IMG/VR virus record: IMGVR_UViG_2718217860_000005 | Span: 1-16,502 of that record | Strand: one strand, 5' to 3' | DNA length: 16,502 nt | Origin: a virus | Lineage: Duplodnaviria > Heunggongvirae > Uroviricota > Caudoviricetes | In this document: positions 15,144-16,502 of the stretch, in pieces | Layout of the letters: every line of letters starts with the position of its first letter | How positions within the stretch are numbered: position 1 is the stretch's first letter | Program-made: the position numbers and the translations under genes | The notes under the pieces: model-generated | Database searches by the model: none | Seen by the model: the letters and a program-made list of their open reading frames with translations, nothing else | What the model was told of the DNA's origin: nothing

Positions 15144-16502
15144 ATGCCAAATGAAAATCTTGATATTGACTCAAGGACTACCGAGCAATTATACGAATGG
15201 TATTTGCAAGGAAATTTGATAGTCAATAGACGTTATCAAAGGAAACTTGTATGGTCTCTAGAAGAAAAGACTTCTTTAATATCTTCTATGCTGCAACAAT
15301 ATCCTATTCCGTTATTATTATTTGTTACCATCAATGAACAAAGAGAAATATTGGATGGAATGCAAAGATTAGAAGCAATTATGAGCTTCATCGAACAGAG
15401 ATTTTCATTAGATGGACAATATTTTGATTTGGACTCTATAGCTTTAACAAAACAACTTAAAGATAATGGAACTTTAATTCAGAAAGAACCAATCCTTTCC
15501 CGTGATTCTTCAGCAATTATTGCACGTTATCGATTTGCAATATCAGAATATAGCTCCACAAATGAAAATATTGACGAAGTATTCAGACGAATAAACTCAA
15601 ACGGGAAGATTTTATCCAAACAAGAATTACGTAGTGCAGGAACAGTTAGTAACTTCTCTGAACTGGTCAGATCGATATCAACATCGATCAGAGGTGATAC
15701 TAGCCATTCTGACATTATGAATCTCCAGCAAATGCACAAAATTTCAATCAGTAACGATAGATTGGAGTACGGGGTAAATATCGATAACCACTTTTATATA
15801 AAACATCATATTTTAACAAGACGAAGTATTCGTGATTCTGATGACGAGGAATTGATAGCCAATATCCTTGCATATATCAGTCTAGAAGAAAAACCCACAT
15901 CTGGGTCAACTTCTCTCGACACATTCTATGGTCAAGGAAACTCCTCTCATGCTCATGGTGTCAGACAGCAATTAGAGTCTTTCATTCAAACCAATAACGC
16001 TGCCACTATTAAGCAGAATTTCATAGCTGTATATGAATTAATTACAAGCCTATATGACGGAAAAAATGATACTTTTAGAAGCCATATTTTAGGGGAGGAT
16101 AATTCATCTCAAGAATGCCCTCGTTATTATCAAGCTGTGTTTTTGTCTATTTATGAACTTCTTTTCAACCAAAATATGCAATTAATTGATAAAGAAGGTT
16201 TATTCTCGCAATTAAAAAACACTGGCAATACCATAATTATGGTTACCGATGGTGGCCGCTGGGCTGCAAGCACTCGTGAAAAAAGTGTTAATGATCTTGT
16301 TGCATTAATAAGTCGTTACTTCCAACCTGCTCCTCAAAAGTATGTGAATCATGCTTGGGTAACTGAAATTCGCAATCTATTAACAAATTCTAGGGAAGGT
16401 GCGAATAAGCGGGGAAATTCTTCTCGGCTGACTCAGTCATTTCATTTCTTCATGTTTGAGCCGATTTTTTCTCCCGTAAATGCCTTGAATCAGCCTATTT
16501 AG
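15144..16502 (+). CDS. DUF262 / ParB-like (DGQHR-type) domain protein with an uncharacterised C-terminal half; candidate defence or restriction-like protein
   Basis: 452-aa ORF with an AAGGAG Shine-Dalgarno at 15131-15136 and a TAG stop at 16500-16502. N-terminal motifs RYQRKLVW, QQYPIP, DGMQR and FRRINSNGKIL fit the DUF262 signature. The sequence is AT-rich (about 35% GC in a hand-counted 60-nt sample) against about 60% in the tail genes. The ORF track's TTG at 15105 is an upstream alternative start that I discount. Confidence 0.65.
   Translation: MPNENLDIDSRTTEQLYEWYLQGNLIVNRRYQRKLVWSLEEKTSLISSMLQQYPIPLLLFVTINEQREILDGMQRLEAIMSFIEQRFSLDGQYFDLDSIALTKQLKDNGTLIQKEPILSRDSSAIIARYRFAISEYSSTNENIDEVFRRINSNGKILSKQELRSAGTVSNFSELVRSISTSIRGDTSHSDIMNLQQMHKISISNDRLEYGVNIDNHFYIKHHILTRRSIRDSDDEELIANILAYISLEEKPTSGSTSLDTFYGQGNSSHAHGVRQQLESFIQTNNAATIKQNFIAVYELITSLYDGKNDTFRSHILGEDNSSQECPRYYQAVFLSIYELLFNQNMQLIDKEGLFSQLKNTGNTIIMVTDGGRWAASTREKSVNDLVALISRYFQPAPQKYVNHAWVTEIRNLLTNSREGANKRGNSSRLTQSFHFFMFEPIFSPVNALNQPI

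Noticed and set aside
15527-15739. 70-aa minus-strand ORF inside the DUF262 gene
   Set aside because: It lies antisense within the well-supported 452-aa ORF, has no Shine-Dalgarno, and is an AT-rich chance ORF.

Overview
The window opens with three enterobacterial core genes (grxA +, ybjM -, ybjL +, all recognised by protein sequence, E. coli-like) followed by the sigma-E-dependent sRNA RybB (2697-2775). Immediately after it begins a contiguous, apparently intact P2-like myovirus tail module, all on the minus strand: V-W-J-I-H-tfa / FI-FII-E(+E')-T-U-D / ogr (14865 down to 2856). Genes are tightly packed with ATGA-type stop/start overlaps, and the E/E' pair has the expected TTTTTTG -1 frameshift site. 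Both operons are preceded by a TGT-N12-ACA dyad of the kind bound by Ogr. Ogr lying next to host DNA fits the right end of a P2-type prophage, apparently inserted just 3' of rybB. Upstream of V, where P2 has S, R, lysis and head genes, composition drops to about 35% GC and a divergent 452-aa ORF (15144-16502) encodes a protein with an N-terminal DUF262/ParB-like domain and an unrecognised C-terminal half. This is the best candidate for an accessory, possibly anti-phage, gene, and its partners may lie beyond the window end. No integrase, transposase, tRNA or CRISPR array is visible. All calls are from reading the sequence and the ORF track; no database search was run.
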